A stretch of DNA of 64,000 nucleotides, taken from Merismopediaceae cyanobacterium. GTDB lineage: Bacteria > Cyanobacteriota > Cyanobacteriia > Cyanobacteriales > Microcystaceae. Positions 31,148 to 42,733 of this stretch are shown here, in pieces. The DNA lies in assembly GCA_942490695.1 (NCBI GenBank), contig CALNXU010000006.1:36092-100091 (forward strand). The letters are read 5' to 3'. Position numbers and translations under genes: made by a program. The notes beneath the pieces are model-generated. The model did not search any database. It was given only the letters and a program-made list of their open reading frames with translations, and was not told the DNA's origin. Every line of letters begins with the position of its first letter. The first letter of the stretch is position 1.

Positions 31148-31531
31148 TTAATCCTGAATATAAGTCTTTCCTTCGGTGAGAGCAATTTCTGCCCTCATCA
31201 GTTCCCGCCCTAGGTAAGCTGCATGGTTCAACATCGTCATGGGACAATCTGAACTTTCTTCAAACAATTTGACACAGACTTCTTTGGCGCTATGTCCCCG
31301 AATAATCCGAGTCGGTAGGCGTTTATTGCCCCCTCGACAAGCAATCACTTCACCGCTGTCCGGGTCAACTGCCAACCCTTGTTCATTAATCCCATTGCTG
31401 TAGTGCTCAATCACTAATTGCCCTTGGTCGGCATCGACTTTTACCAACCAATAGCCCCCCGGATCAAGCTCGATATACCGGTTCGACAGTTGATTATCCA
31501 GGTCTTGAATCGAAGTTACTAATACAGTCAT
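31148..31531 (-). CDS. DUF4346-domain protein
   Basis: LDPGGY, HAAYLGREL..AE..YIQD. Confidence 0.85.
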   Translation of the reverse strand: MTVLVTSIQDLDNQLSNRYIELDPGGYWLVKVDADQGQLVIEHYSNGINEQGLAVDPDSGEVIACRGGNKRLPTRIIRGHSAKEVCVKLFEESSDCPMTMLNHAAYLGRELMRAEIALTEGKTYIQD

Positions 31532-31578
31532 AGAACCCTTTGAATCGGCAGCACATGAACTCTATCTATCCTACACGG

Positions 31579-32928
31579 TCAGCTTCCTTCCCCAGAAAGG
31601 CGCTGCCACACAGTCACTAATCCGTCCTTATCCCCCACATTGCCGGGAAAAAGCACAACTGGTAAGTGGGCAAAACGGGGATGATCATCCTGGGTACGCA
31701 CCAAGGACACGCCGGGAAGGATTTGCCCCAGCAGACGGACTGAATTCAGGGCAAGGCCGACACTCAACACATCATTGGAGGTAATTCCCCCTTTACTAAT
31801 CAAAAAACCAATATCCTGGGGTAATTGCTGAACGACCGCCATTAATAGGTGGGAAAGTTCCCCGCCAAAATCTAAGCGGGCCTGAATGGAAGGAAAGGTT
31901 AACTCCTGTCGGCTGGTGTAAATCACAGGGGTTTTATTTTGGGCCCGGATGCGGTTCACCGCCGCCAATGTCGATTCGATAAGTGGCGCTTTTTGAGCGG
32001 GGGAATCCCGTAAAGTCTTTACCGATACTTCGACTCCGATGACTTTAGGCTGCTGGAGCAATACTGCTAACTGTTCACTGGATTTCTGGACATGGGAGCC
32101 AACGAGAACCACACCAGGTTTTTGACTCGCTTTAGTCGTAGCCATTGCCTCTGCAGGAACTGGCTGGGGTCCCAGAGTCGCCAACGAAGTGAGAATGCTG
32201 GCCGCGCTGCGTAACAAAAAATGTTTGCCATGGTTACGACTCGTCTGTAGTAACGCTTGGGCAAGGACATCAAAGTCTGTCTGGTTTTCGCCGTCCACCA
32301 CCGCACATTGATTATGCTGCCATTGCGATAGGCGATCGCCAAGGCTTTGGATGGTTTTGGAACCAGGAGGACGTAAATCGGTTAGGGTAATCCGTTCTAC
32401 CCGCTCAGCAGGAATCGCTCCCTGGGTTTTTTCGGCGACGTAATCCGGTAAGTAGCTATTTTGATAACCAAAGACAGAGTCTTTTGCAAACTCAGTTTCA
32501 GACACCGGAATCGGCTGACCATCCACCACCAAATAGTGAACACTGTCTTGGGTGATGCGGCCCCCTTCAAAAAAAGCTGGTATGAGCAAATGGGCATCAA
32601 ATTCCCCCAATTCTCGATTGATAACATCAGTTTCCAGGGGATAATGCCCCCTGAGGGTGGAATCAGACCGACTCACCACCACATAATTTTCAATGTTCTC
32701 AGCGGCGATCGCCTGTTTAAGGTTGCGACAAATTTCAGTAATCACAACTTGTGCGCTCTCCGGTGTCAATGCCCGCGTATTACTCAGGATAAAAAATATT
32801 GCAGCCCCATCGCGTAACCCCTGCCGCAGGGTTTCCACGTCCCATTGCATCAACAGCAAGCAACTGTGAACCGTCTGCGATCCGGTGGGATCGTCATCAA
32901 TCACAATGATTTTGGGGACTTGGGACAT
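31579..32928 (-). CDS. Four-carbon acid sugar kinase family protein (DUF1537)
   Basis: DDDPTGSQT, SRSDSTLRGH, KGGITS, FPGNVG. Confidence 0.9.
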   Translation of the reverse strand: MSQVPKIIVIDDDPTGSQTVHSCLLLMQWDVETLRQGLRDGAAIFFILSNTRALTPESAQVVITEICRNLKQAIAAENIENYVVVSRSDSTLRGHYPLETDVINRELGEFDAHLLIPAFFEGGRITQDSVHYLVVDGQPIPVSETEFAKDSVFGYQNSYLPDYVAEKTQGAIPAERVERITLTDLRPPGSKTIQSLGDRLSQWQHNQCAVVDGENQTDFDVLAQALLQTSRNHGKHFLLRSAASILTSLATLGPQPVPAEAMATTKASQKPGVVLVGSHVQKSSEQLAVLLQQPKVIGVEVSVKTLRDSPAQKAPLIESTLAAVNRIRAQNKTPVIYTSRQELTFPSIQARLDFGGELSHLLMAVVQQLPQDIGFLISKGGITSNDVLSVGLALNSVRLLGQILPGVSLVRTQDDHPRFAHLPVVLFPGNVGDKDGLVTVWQRLSGEGS

Positions 32929-33142
32929 AACAAGACAGTTGAACGCAGCAGCAATCCCCCAATTATTTCATTAATTACGACAGGTAAATTTGATTTTTCT
33001 GAAACCTGCTCCCTCAACTTGACTCCTCTTGTTATTTTTTGGGGAGTCAAATTCCGCAGAACTTTAACCACACTGAAAGCTTGAAACCCCGTTCCCATCT
33101 TCAATAAAGGCTGCTTATTGCAGATTAGATGAACCAGAAACA

Positions 33143-33589
33143 CTAAAGTCCCTCGCTCCATACAGATAATCGCCGACCCTCAGCACAAAACTCCAACTGA
33201 ATTTCCAGATACTGTTGGGGTAAAGACACCATCCGTTCCGGCCATTCGATCGCCACAATGCCCAACGGAGACGCCTCATCTTGCCAATACTGCTCAAGGT
33301 ACATGGCCTTAACTTCCGCCGGCGTTAAACGGTACAGGTCTAGGTGGTAGAGGGGAAAGGAACCCGCATGATATTCATTCACGAGGGTAAAGGTGGGACT
33401 CACAATCGTATCTGTAATGCCCAAACCCAGGCCAATTCCTTTGACCAAGCTGGTTTTGCCTGCCCCCAAATCTCCCCGGAGTAACAAAATCGTGCCTGGG
33501 GTCAGTTGCGGGGCGAATGTTTGGCCCCATTGCAGCGTAGCGTCAGGGGAAGGTAAGTCAACCGATTGAATGAGTTTTAAATCTGCCAT
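33143..33589 (-). CDS. tsaE: tRNA threonylcarbamoyladenosine biosynthesis ATPase TsaE
   Basis: GDLGAGKT, SPTFTLVNEY, HLDLYRL, IEWPE. Confidence 0.95.
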   Translation of the reverse strand: MADLKLIQSVDLPSPDATLQWGQTFAPQLTPGTILLLRGDLGAGKTSLVKGIGLGLGITDTIVSPTFTLVNEYHAGSFPLYHLDLYRLTPAEVKAMYLEQYWQDEASPLGIVAIEWPERMVSLPQQYLEIQLEFCAEGRRLSVWSEGL

Positions 33590-33782
33590 AACAGTGGGGT
33601 CTTTTCCTTGTTGAACCCAAGGGTAGGCTAATACTCAATCCAGCATTTAGGGCAATAGAACAGACTCATCAACGATGTTTTTCACCCCGATCCTCAAAAC
33701 TCAGAATTTCAAGGTAGACACGGTTTACCCTTCATTTTTAAACGACGGTAACGTGGTCTTTGGGGGAAATGGTCAACCGAGT

Positions 33783-34142
33783 TTAGTAAAAAGCATCTAA
33801 GTCGATCGCCTTAGAGCCTCCTTCTTTAAGCTGTTTGAGCAGGCTGTCTAGTTGTCGCCAAACTAAAGCGGCAATAAAAATCGTGATGGGAACCGCGATG
33901 ATGTAGGAAATCCAGGGACTACCGAGAAATACTTCTACCCCTGATGCCAAAAACACACAAATCCCCACACAAATTCCGAAAAACGGAAGCTGTAAATCCA
34001 ATTCCGCCAGGGTACTTTGGGGGGTCTTTAGCCATACTTTTACTTTCTGTTTTAAGGTTGCCTCAAACGCTAAGCCGCAGGTTATTCCGATAAATAAACC
34101 CACTGCAATCAAAACGTAGGGCGGTTGGGGCAAATAGTACAT
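33783..34142 (-). CDS. Conserved cyanobacterial membrane protein
   Basis: Three TM helices; GLAFEATLKQ and GGSKAIDLD motifs; ATG at 34142 preferred. Confidence 0.78.
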   Translation of the reverse strand: MYYLPQPPYVLIAVGLFIGITCGLAFEATLKQKVKVWLKTPQSTLAELDLQLPFFGICVGICVFLASGVEVFLGSPWISYIIAVPITIFIAALVWRQLDSLLKQLKEGGSKAIDLDAFY

Positions 34143-34285
34143 GGCTAAATTGGGATCTGTAAAGAAATATGAAAAGCCTCCCAATCATACCAAAACCCTC
34201 ACCGTAGAATCAGCCAGGGCAATCCCAGAATTTCCACGGGTTGGGCCAGCTACTCACCGCGAAAATCCAACCCGGACTTAAAAAT

Positions 34286-35455
34286 CTAAAGACCTTTGAC
34301 AAAGTGCTCTATGCGACTCAGTCCTTCCTGGATGGTTTCCATGTCGGTTGCATAGGAAAGACGAATGCATTGGTCTGCCCCGAAAGCTACCCCTGGAATG
34401 ACTGCCACCTGCTGCTCGGTTAACAACTTTTCGCTGAAGGTTAGGGAATCTAAGCCAGTGGGAGCAATATCGACAAACACATAGAATGCCCCCATTGGTG
34501 TGGGGCAACTCAGATGGGGGATTTGGTTAATGCCCTGCACCATGACCTGCCGCCGTTCCGTAAACGCTTCCACCATCTTTTCGACACAGGTTTGGGGGGA
34601 CGTTAACGCGGCGATCGCCCCGTATTGGGCAAAAGTACAAACATTGGAGGTACTATGACCTTGAATTTTGCTACAGGCCTTAATGAATTCCACTGGCGCA
34701 GCGAGGTAGCCCACCCGCCACCCGGTCATAGAATAACTTTTGGCGAAGCCATTACTGATAAATGTCCGCTGAAAAATGTCTTCATTCACGGCTCCAATAC
34801 TCAGGTGCTCCATGCCGTCGTAGAGAATCCTTTCATAGATTTCGTCGGACACAACATAGAGGTTTTTATGGGTTAGAATCACCGCCGCTAGCGCCTTGAT
34901 TTCATCAGGATGGTAGACCATCCCCGTGGGATTAGAAGGGGAATTTAAAACAAACAGCTTGCTCTGCGGGGTAATGACGGCCGTTAACTGTTCCGGGGTA
35001 ATTTTATAATCAGCGGCGGCAGTTGTTTCGACGATCACAGGGGTGCCTCCCGCTAACCGCACCATCTCCGGATAACTGACCCAATAGGGGGCGGGAATAA
35101 TCACTTCATCCCCGGGTTCAATCAACGCCAACATCAAGTTAAACAGGGAGTGTTTGCCTCCGTTGGTCACAATGATGTTTTCTGCTTGGTAAGGCAGGTG
35201 ATTATATTGATTTAATTTGGTGGCGATCGCCTTTCGCAATTCGGGTTCCCCGGCCGCTGGCCCATAGCGGGTTTTGCCTTCATCCAAAGCTGTCTTACAC
35301 GCCGCCACAATGTGGGAGGGGGTCGCAAAATCTGGTTCTCCGGCCGTAAAGCTCAATACATTAATTCCCTCAGCCCGCATTTCCTTGGCTTTTGCCGTAA
35401 TCTCCAATGTCAGAGAGGGAACGACTTGATTAACACGTTGGGTCAATTGCATCAC
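34286..35455 (-). CDS. aspC: PLP-dependent aspartate aminotransferase
   Basis: [30 protein letters not shown]. Confidence 0.9.
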   Translation of the reverse strand: MMQLTQRVNQVVPSLTLEITAKAKEMRAEGINVLSFTAGEPDFATPSHIVAACKTALDEGKTRYGPAAGEPELRKAIATKLNQYNHLPYQAENIIVTNGGKHSLFNLMLALIEPGDEVIIPAPYWVSYPEMVRLAGGTPVIVETTAAADYKITPEQLTAVITPQSKLFVLNSPSNPTGMVYHPDEIKALAAVILTHKNLYVVSDEIYERILYDGMEHLSIGAVNEDIFQRTFISNGFAKSYSMTGWRVGYLAAPVEFIKACSKIQGHSTSNVCTFAQYGAIAALTSPQTCVEKMVEAFTERRQVMVQGINQIPHLSCPTPMGAFYVFVDIAPTGLDSLTFSEKLLTEQQVAVIPGVAFGADQCIRLSYATDMETIQEGLSRIEHFVKGL

Positions 35456-35638
35456 AAAAAAACCTGGAGATTACAACAAACAGGAAATTCAACAACAGGG
35501 CTGGTCTGGGATGGCTTGTAGTAAAAAGGGCCAATTCTATTGGGCCTGCCTGACTCCGCCACCTTGGGCTAATAGACTGACAAGATTCGGGTTGAGAATG
35601 AACCGTAAGAAATCACAAACCGGGATGTTAGCCCTAAC

Positions 35639-36826
35639 TTAAATAATGGCATCCGGGTCTTCATTCCGCGCAATGGAAACGACCCGTTCTGTTATGGGAA
35701 CGTAAGATAGCTGATGATCGCCAATGTAAAGCTGGGTGGGACGATAAATTTTATTCACCGATAGCTGCTCTTTCCAATGGGCTAGCCAACCCGCAACCCT
35801 GGCGATCGCAAACAAGGGCGTAAACAAGTCAGATGGGATGCCGAGTTTGCGGTAAACCAGGCCGGAATAAAAATCGACATTCGGGTAAATGCCTTTTTCC
35901 CGTCCCACATATTCCTCCACCACGCGCTCCAGTTCCACTGCCACATCGTAGTATTCGTCATGGCCCATTTTCTCGAACAACTTTTCCGCAAGTTCCTGCA
36001 AAATGATGGCGCGGGGGTCTTTTACTTTATATACCCGGTGACCAAAGCCCATAATTCGCTGTTTGTTCGCCAGGCATTTTTCCACGTAAGGACGCACGTT
36101 TTCCACTGAGCCAATTTCTTCCAGCATATTCAGCACCTCCTCATTGGCCCCGCCGTGTAGAGGTCCGGCCAAAGTACCCACCGCCGACGCAATGACGGCA
36201 TAGGGATCGGTTAACGTCGAAGCCGTCACCCGAGCCGAAAACGTCGAAGCATTCATCGTATGTTCTGCGTGGAGGGTTAAACACACATCAAAAACGCGGG
36301 CTGCCACCGGGTCAGGTTTTTTCTCCGTCAACATGTACAAAAAGTTGGAGGCATAATCCAGATCGTCGTTGGGCTGAACGGGGTCATTCCCCTCACGAAT
36401 CATGTGGAATGCCGCCACCATCGTCGGAATTTTAGCCAATAGCCGGACAACGGCTGCCCGAATATATTTAGGGTCATCTAACGCGCGTCGAGCATAAAAA
36501 AGACCCAACGCAGCGGCCGAGGTTTGCAGGGCATCCATCGGGTGGCCTGTTTCGGGAAAGCATTTCATCATGTCCCGGATATGGTACTTAACACGACGGT
36601 GAGTCTGAATATCTTCCGTAAAGTCCTGTAGTTCCTGCTCAGTCGGGAGCTTTCCCCAAATTAAGAGGTAGGCGACTTCAATAAAATTACTGGACTTAGC
36701 CAACTCATCGATGCGAATGCCACGATACTCTAGAATTCCGGCATGGCCGTCAACGTAGCTAACTCTGGATTTAGCGGCCGGAACCCCCGTGAGACCATCT
36801 TTGAACGCTTCGAGATTAGTAACCAT
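35639..36826 (-). CDS. gltA: Citrate synthase
   Basis: HAEHTMNAST, GPLHGGAN, MGFGHRVYK..DPRA, PNVDFYSG. Confidence 0.97.
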   Translation of the reverse strand: MVTNLEAFKDGLTGVPAAKSRVSYVDGHAGILEYRGIRIDELAKSSNFIEVAYLLIWGKLPTEQELQDFTEDIQTHRRVKYHIRDMMKCFPETGHPMDALQTSAAALGLFYARRALDDPKYIRAAVVRLLAKIPTMVAAFHMIREGNDPVQPNDDLDYASNFLYMLTEKKPDPVAARVFDVCLTLHAEHTMNASTFSARVTASTLTDPYAVIASAVGTLAGPLHGGANEEVLNMLEEIGSVENVRPYVEKCLANKQRIMGFGHRVYKVKDPRAIILQELAEKLFEKMGHDEYYDVAVELERVVEEYVGREKGIYPNVDFYSGLVYRKLGIPSDLFTPLFAIARVAGWLAHWKEQLSVNKIYRPTQLYIGDHQLSYVPITERVVSIARNEDPDAII

Positions 36827-37064
36827 TGAATTATTCTTCCTATGACTAAGCGATGGAGTCGGCTTGCAGCGTTTTTCAGCTCATTAGCCTTCTTTAATAT
36901 GCAGGTTAATCACCCTCCAGCTATATTATGACGGACAGCTGGAGAATATGGCGTTGTACTAATTTGCAATTTAGTAATTAATTATCAAGTTGCCGTAACA
37001 GAGTTCCTGCCACACAATCCTAAAGATTGTTTTAGAAGACAAGACCTACCTAAATTTTCCAACG

Positions 37065-37550
37065 TTAAAGCGATAGACCAAGATTGACGCCAAAAGCCGT
37101 GTGAACAACCAGCAACGCCATGATGCCTACCCCTAGATAAGCATGGATGGTGCGTCCTACCTTCTGTTCGCCACCAAAACCAAACAACGAAATGGACGCG
37201 GTAAGCGCCAGTAGCCCTAAGGCAATGGTGCCAGTGAGGAAGTGGGGACTTTCTAAAATGGGTTGGTCTTGCATGATTAGGGATAACAAGCCGCCGGAAT
37301 AGCCCAACGCCAGGAACAGGAACATCCAGGGGGCAAGCTTGCGATGGTCTTCACGACCTTTTGTTGCCGCGGCTGGATCAGAATTGAGACGACCTTGCCA
37401 ACCAGAGTAGGCCACAAAGCTGCCCATCATAAAAATCACAGTGCCCATCATCACCGGATGTCCCCAGTGGGTGATCACTCCAGGGACCCCCAGACCCTTG
37501 AATTGTTCGGCGATGGGGGTCAAGAGTTGGGTCAGTTTTTCTTGAAACAT
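37065..37550 (-). CDS. DUF4079-family membrane protein
   Basis: WGHPVMM, ESPHF, HAYLG, four TM helices with conserved His. Confidence 0.82.
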   Translation of the reverse strand: MFQEKLTQLLTPIAEQFKGLGVPGVITHWGHPVMMGTVIFMMGSFVAYSGWQGRLNSDPAAATKGREDHRKLAPWMFLFLALGYSGGLLSLIMQDQPILESPHFLTGTIALGLLALTASISLFGFGGEQKVGRTIHAYLGVGIMALLVVHTAFGVNLGLSL

Positions 37551-37783
37551 GGGTCGCAGGTTCTCTCAGAAAATATCTTGTAACATTCCACCACAACATA
37601 TCGTAATTCCTGATCACCTGGCAGCTATTTTAAGGGTAAATATCACTGAAGGCAGGTCAAAATCAGAGATAATCCAGCACCCGTTTTCCTCAATTATTTT
37701 CAGGATTTAGGGTTAATACCTCACGCTAGACCTTGATGCGACGCAACTCCATACGATGGGTAGAGTCAATCCTGTCATTAGTA

Positions 37784-38407
37784 TTATTGCGCTTCATCAG
37801 CTTCTTGATCTGAATCCACTGGGGATGGCTCTAACACGGGTTTTTGCCACTCTTGGGGCGATCGCCGGGTAAGCTCGCTGAGGGTACGGGGTACTAAATA
37901 AATTTGACGGATGGCGACCGGAGGGTCGGCCGGATCAATCAACGCATACAAGGACTCTCCCTGAAAATCTGGATCACCCAAATGTACCTGCTGGGTCTTA
38001 CCGTCGATGAGTTGGACTGTCAGGATGACGGCAGGTTCAACTAATCCATACTCTGACAACTGTTCTGTCGAGACTTCAAAATCCCGCTCACTCTGGCTAT
38101 TCACCAACGTGCTTAATAAGAAATCCACCGCCGGCACACTGACCGGGGTGGGTTGGGGGATATCCATTTGCCAACCGGGAGGTTCCACCGAGGAGCGGTA
38201 GAGCTTCAGAATTTCGTTGCCCTGCTGGATGGTGATTGCCTGGACTTGATCCGCCGTAAACCCAAAGTGACGGTTTTTAGCCCCGTTGGTCATGGCGGAC
38301 TCCGGTTCAGATGGCGATCGCCTTAACTCCACCGCGACCACCATCCCGACCAGTAAAGTCGCCAAACTCAACAGACCCCAAGTCATACGGGGCAGTTTTA
38401 AAACCAT
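37784..38407 (-). CDS. DUF4340-domain protein
   Basis: N-terminal TM helix, LSEYGL..P, LGDPDF.G..LYA. Confidence 0.78.
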   Translation of the reverse strand: MVLKLPRMTWGLLSLATLLVGMVVAVELRRSPSEPESAMTNGAKNRHFGFTADQVQAITIQQGNEILKLYRSSVEPPGWQMDIPQPTPVSVPAVDFLLSTLVNSQSERDFEVSTEQLSEYGLVEPAVILTVQLIDGKTQQVHLGDPDFQGESLYALIDPADPPVAIRQIYLVPRTLSELTRRSPQEWQKPVLEPSPVDSDQEADEAQ

Positions 38408-38429
38408 TAAAGTCTAGGGAAAAAGAAGA

Positions 38430-38801
38430 TTATTCAACAACGGGTTGGTCTGGGGCGGGCGCAACACCTGGATCAGGCGTAGCAAAAGCATCTTGATTCA
38501 CTTCCTGGAGTTGTTGTTGTTGCAATAACTTGAACTGTTCCGCCGCATCCCCTAAACTCCGCTGGGTATCTTCGGCAAATTCCCCTCCACTACGGCTGCG
38601 ACTCAGGTTGGCGTTATGAATTAGGGTCATGGGATCAAATCCCCCAGCTCCTCCAGTTAATGAGTCCTGCTCATTGCTGGGAAAGGGATCGTCACTACCA
38701 GGGGCTTTGTACTGCGCCTGAGCGACTTCCGGGATACCGGTCAACAGGCCGATACTGACAAGAGAACACGCCAGTAACGCGGGTAATAATCGTGTATTCA
38801 T
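38430..38801 (-). CDS. Secreted hypothetical protein
   Basis: Signal peptide ending AQAQ; FDPMTLIHNANL motif. Confidence 0.75.
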   Translation of the reverse strand: MNTRLLPALLACSLVSIGLLTGIPEVAQAQYKAPGSDDPFPSNEQDSLTGGAGGFDPMTLIHNANLSRSRSGGEFAEDTQRSLGDAAEQFKLLQQQQLQEVNQDAFATPDPGVAPAPDQPVVE

Positions 38802-38819
38802 TGAAACAACTCCTCAAAA

Positions 38820-39701
38820 TTACAAAAAGCGACGTTTTAACAGAGGCTGAATTAATAGCAGCACCACTCCGTCAAATGCCAGCAGCAACGCTAAGACCTG
38901 AGTTAAATTTAACGCAAACCAAGGCGCATGGAGTATGGTACTCGACCAGTCCCATTGACTATGGAGATACAAGTAACGAATCGGCTCGATCGCATAGGTC
39001 AAGGGATTCAAGCTGGCTATCACTTGTAACCAGCCCGCCATAAACGATAGCGGAGCCAAAGCAGTGCTGGCAAAGAGTAACGGTAGATTGGTAACAAAAA
39101 TGACTGCAATTAATTCAATATGTCCCGGCAAGGCAAAGGCTAATCCCAAGCTCAGTGCCGTCACCCCTAGTACAATCAATAAAACAATAATGCCAATCAT
39201 GCCCAGCCCAGCGATATTGGGGAAACCTGCACCCAGAAAAGCACTGGCAATCACAATCACCCCGGCTTGCAACAAGCTGAGACTGATGATGTATAGCGTC
39301 GAGGCAGCCACAATGGAGTATCGAGAAGCCAGGGGGGCAACTAGTAGGCGATTGAGAAACCCGAATTCCCGGTCAAACATGACGGGTAGACCGGCATTTA
39401 ATGCTCCAGAAAATGCAGTGAAGACAATAATGCCAGGGGCTAAGAATTGAGCATAGTTCATGTCACTCCCAAACAATCCTTGGGGAGCATTCAAAAATAA
39501 TGCACCAAATAAAACGAGCCACATAAACGGCTGGACAATGCCTGCAACCAATGTCGAGGGGCGGCGTTGTAACTGGATGAATAGGCGCTTGGTCAGGGCG
39601 GTCGTTTCCTGGACAAATTCTCCCAACACACTGGTTTCGGTGGGTTGAGTTGCTGGGGCCAGGAATGTTTCAATTTTGGGCGGGGTTAGGGTCTGACTCA
39701 T
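38820..39701 (-). CDS. ABC-2 type transporter permease (Ycf38-like)
   Basis: RLFIQLQRRP, MFDREFGFLNRLLVAP, LNPLTYAIEPIR; ATG at 39701 preferred. Confidence 0.9.
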   Translation of the reverse strand: MSQTLTPPKIETFLAPATQPTETSVLGEFVQETTALTKRLFIQLQRRPSTLVAGIVQPFMWLVLFGALFLNAPQGLFGSDMNYAQFLAPGIIVFTAFSGALNAGLPVMFDREFGFLNRLLVAPLASRYSIVAASTLYIISLSLLQAGVIVIASAFLGAGFPNIAGLGMIGIIVLLIVLGVTALSLGLAFALPGHIELIAVIFVTNLPLLFASTALAPLSFMAGWLQVIASLNPLTYAIEPIRYLYLHSQWDWSSTILHAPWFALNLTQVLALLLAFDGVVLLLIQPLLKRRFL

Positions 39702-39855
39702 GGTTTTGGTAAACAATCGGGCATCAGCAGGATTACTCGATATTGTAAACCACCTCATCCGAGTGATGCGGAAGGAACAACGGGGCAGATCAATGACCCA
39801 TCAGTGGAGGGTGAAGCGTCAACTGCCTCTTCGTTCAACGCCAACCAAGTGGTCG

Positions 39856-40281
39856 TTATTCTCCCCAATGGGGCGCAATCCGTTTGACATAGGGTAAACG
39901 AGCTAGGCTAAAAAGTTTGGCTTGCCAGCGGGGTTGATGGGTTTCTCCGATGCAAAGGAGCTCCTCAGCGCTGCACTTGATTCGCCCAGGGCTGTTAGAA
40001 AATCGCACGGAAGGGTCAATGTTTTCAACAACGGCTTTTTTAGGGGCAGGAATACAAAATTCATAGGCTCGGGAGCGCTTCCCAGAACCAGAACCCATGA
40101 GACCTTCAGCATCAATTTCCCCCAGAGAAAAATCAATTTTATCGATGGGATTAGCCGGGGGTTGGGCAATCAGTCTCCTTGGCATGACCGCTGCGAAAAG
40201 ACAAATCCCTCCAATTAGGGGCAACAGTTGCCGTGAAGTGGGAGAGGCCATACGCAACGTCAGCTGAAAAGCAGAGAACAA
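39856..40281 (-). CDS. Exported hypothetical protein
   Basis: Hydrophobic N-terminus; YEFCIP, SPGRIKC..LCIGETHQ motifs. Confidence 0.7.
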   Translation of the reverse strand: MFSAFQLTLRMASPTSRQLLPLIGGICLFAAVMPRRLIAQPPANPIDKIDFSLGEIDAEGLMGSGSGKRSRAYEFCIPAPKKAVVENIDPSVRFSNSPGRIKCSAEELLCIGETHQPRWQAKLFSLARLPYVKRIAPHWGE

Positions 40282-40805
40282 TTTTAAAATTCCCTAAAAC
40301 GATTATTCATCGGGGTTTCCACCACGATCCTAGCGTTAAATCAGGCTGGCTAAAAAAGTCGCTGGGGCAAATCTGGATAATGCTCACTTCATCGAAAAAT
40401 CTTGGAATCCACGGCATATTATCAGTGGACCCAGCGATCAAGAATGGAAAATATTCATACTTGCCTCGTTTCTGCTTACCACAAGATGTCTAGCGACCCC
40501 AATCTCAGGACACAAATATCCTCTACCACTCACCGATCACTCGACTTTGTTCTAGTGCAGAGACTATTCTGATTGCATGCTTGTGCTCAAAATTCCATGA
40601 TTTCCCTTGCACTACGAGATTTTGCGACTCCTTGATGGCATCTCAATTAATCGCAGCAGCTAATCCTTTCTAGGAAATTAATTGTCCATTCTTGGCTTGT
40701 GAGGGGGGGGGGGGAAGGTTCTCACCTACGTGAATGTATAATTCATCCCCTTCTAAAGACAGGGATTAGAGTAACAACGCAGGAAGCGGAGTCTCGCTTT
40801 GACGA

Positions 40806-41291
40806 CTACCCACCATAGTTCCAGCCCGTATTTTCCAGAATTAAGGGATCTTCGTCTTTAAATAAGGTTGCCCCAATCACCTCCCCCACAAATACAGTAT
40901 GGTCGCCGTGGGCAACTTCTCCGACTACTCGACATTCGATATACCCCAAAGAATCTTTGAGAACAGGACAACCTGTTGCGAGGGCATCTATGGCTTCTAT
41001 TGCATCAAACTTATTTTCAACTTTTCGTCTGGGTTTAAAAAAGTGTGCGGCCACTTCTTTCTGTTCTGCGGATAAAATACTCAGGGTAAACGTGCCACTC
41101 GCTTTTAGTAGCTCGTGGGAACTGGAATCCGAGCGAACACAGTTGGTCACTAATGGTGGCTCGAAAGAGGCTTGCATTACCCAACTGGCCGTGAAACCAT
41201 TAGATTCATCTCCAGACTTAACCCCACACACGTAGAGGCCATGGGGAATTTTACGCAGGAGAGTTTTTTTTGCGGCTTCGTCTAGGGTCAT
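40806..41291 (-). CDS. Flavin reductase family protein
   Basis: IPHGLYV, TASWVMQASFEPPL, GDHTVFVGEV; ATG at 41291 preferred. Confidence 0.9.
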   Translation of the reverse strand: MTLDEAAKKTLLRKIPHGLYVCGVKSGDESNGFTASWVMQASFEPPLVTNCVRSDSSSHELLKASGTFTLSILSAEQKEVAAHFFKPRRKVENKFDAIEAIDALATGCPVLKDSLGYIECRVVGEVAHGDHTVFVGEVIGATLFKDEDPLILENTGWNYGG

Positions 41292-41755
41292 AACGATTAA
41301 ATTTTTCAATAAAAAACTCCTTCTATCTTACCTCTTCAATTTAAACAAAGTGGGCGTTAAAAATAATATTTCACGATTTGACAATAACCCAGGAATATGG
41401 GAGTAAAAGCTCTGATAATAAAGTATTTAGCTTGAATTATTGTTATTCTACGTGACGTCAGAGTTAGATCCTGATGTGTTGTCAGATGTAAATTCTAATA
41501 TGCCGCCGGAACTGGATTTTGATGATTTTTTCAATGACTTTTTCGGGACAAGGTCAGTTGATGAGTTGACGCTGCATCTGCTCCATAGCAACAGCATCTT
41601 CAGGATTAAAAGGACAGATGAAGAAAGGAACCTCATTGCCTAGGCCCTGCTTCTGAAGAAAGCGCCGGCTAGACATAGCAGTATGCAGCTACTGAAAACG
41701 TTATTGTATAGATCCTCTCGACTGATTCACTATCATAAATATCCTGAAGCCATGA

Positions 41756-42733
41756 TCATTTTGGATAAATTAAATGAGTATCTAATGTTGGGAAAAAACG
41801 TATATCTCCATAGTTGCTCTTTGCCAGAAGCTTAAATAGTTTAGGGCTCAATATAAAAACTGGATGAATAGTGGTCTCATCTGTTAAGAATACAGCCTCC
41901 CGTAGCATTTTAAAAAGGAACTGACGGAGCTTCTTCTTTGTAGAAGGCTGGATTTTTTCTAGCTCGTCATGCCATTCTGCCTTTCGATTGAAAAAGGCAT
42001 CAAAGTCATCGTAGGTTAGCATATATTTCAGGCTAAGGCACCGTTCTCTGAGAACCTCAATAGAAAAATCACCAATGAATTTATAACGACGACAAATAGC
42101 TATCCAAAGTGATTGTCCCTGTTCCTCGAACGTGCCGTTAACCAAGAATTCTAACTCCTCCAAAGAGGAGGGAAGGAAAAAGAAAGGGAAGAAAGAACAA
42201 GAGAAGAAATAGTTTAGGGCTCAATATAAAAACTGGATGAAAGTCTATTGTTAGAATCAGCCTCCGTAGCATTTTAAAAAGGAACTGACGGAGCTTCTTC
42301 TTTGTAGAAGGCTGGATTTTTCTAGCTCGTCATGCCATTCTGCCTTTCGATTGAAAAAGGCATCAAAGTCATCGTAGGTTAGCATATATTTCAGGCTAAG
42401 GCACCGTTCTCTGAGAACCTCAATAGAAAAATCACCAATGAATTTATAACGACGACAAATAGCTATCCAAAGTGATTGTCCCTGTTCCTCGAACGTGCCG
42501 TTAACCAAGAATTCTAACTCCTCCAAAGAGGAGGTTTTCAATCTAGAACTGACTTCTCTATATATCCGCTTGGATGTATTCAGTGTCCTAGACTGTAGGA
42601 GATTCTCAGCAATAACCCTATAGCGGATCTCATTCCAATTCTTCATCTGAAGATATAGTTCAGCGACCAAAACCGACTCTCGATGCAAGAGAGTTGCAGA
42701 TGTAAACGACAGGCTATATTTTTCTATCTTCAT
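41756..42733 (-). CDS. brxA: BREX protein BrxA (DUF1819), interrupted by an internal duplication
   Basis: YSLSFTSATLLHRES..ENLLQSRT..REVSSRL..WIAICRRYKFIGDF..STKKKLRQFLFKMLREA; collapsing the duplication gives one ORF of about 200 aa. Confidence 0.8.
41834..42534. repeat. About 330-bp tandem duplication within brxA with a purine-rich spacer
   Basis: 41834-42171 is near-identical to 42207-42534; the second copy has clustered deletions next to the linker GGAAGGAAAAAGAAAGGGAAGAAAGAACAAGAGAAG. Confidence 0.9.

Noticed and set aside
40702-40714. Long poly-G run
   Set aside because: Intergenic, length unreliable, no link to a phase-variable gene
41440-41643. 67-aa acidic ORF next to brxA
   Set aside because: TTG start, no recognisable motif; possibly a foreign gene fragment but unsupported
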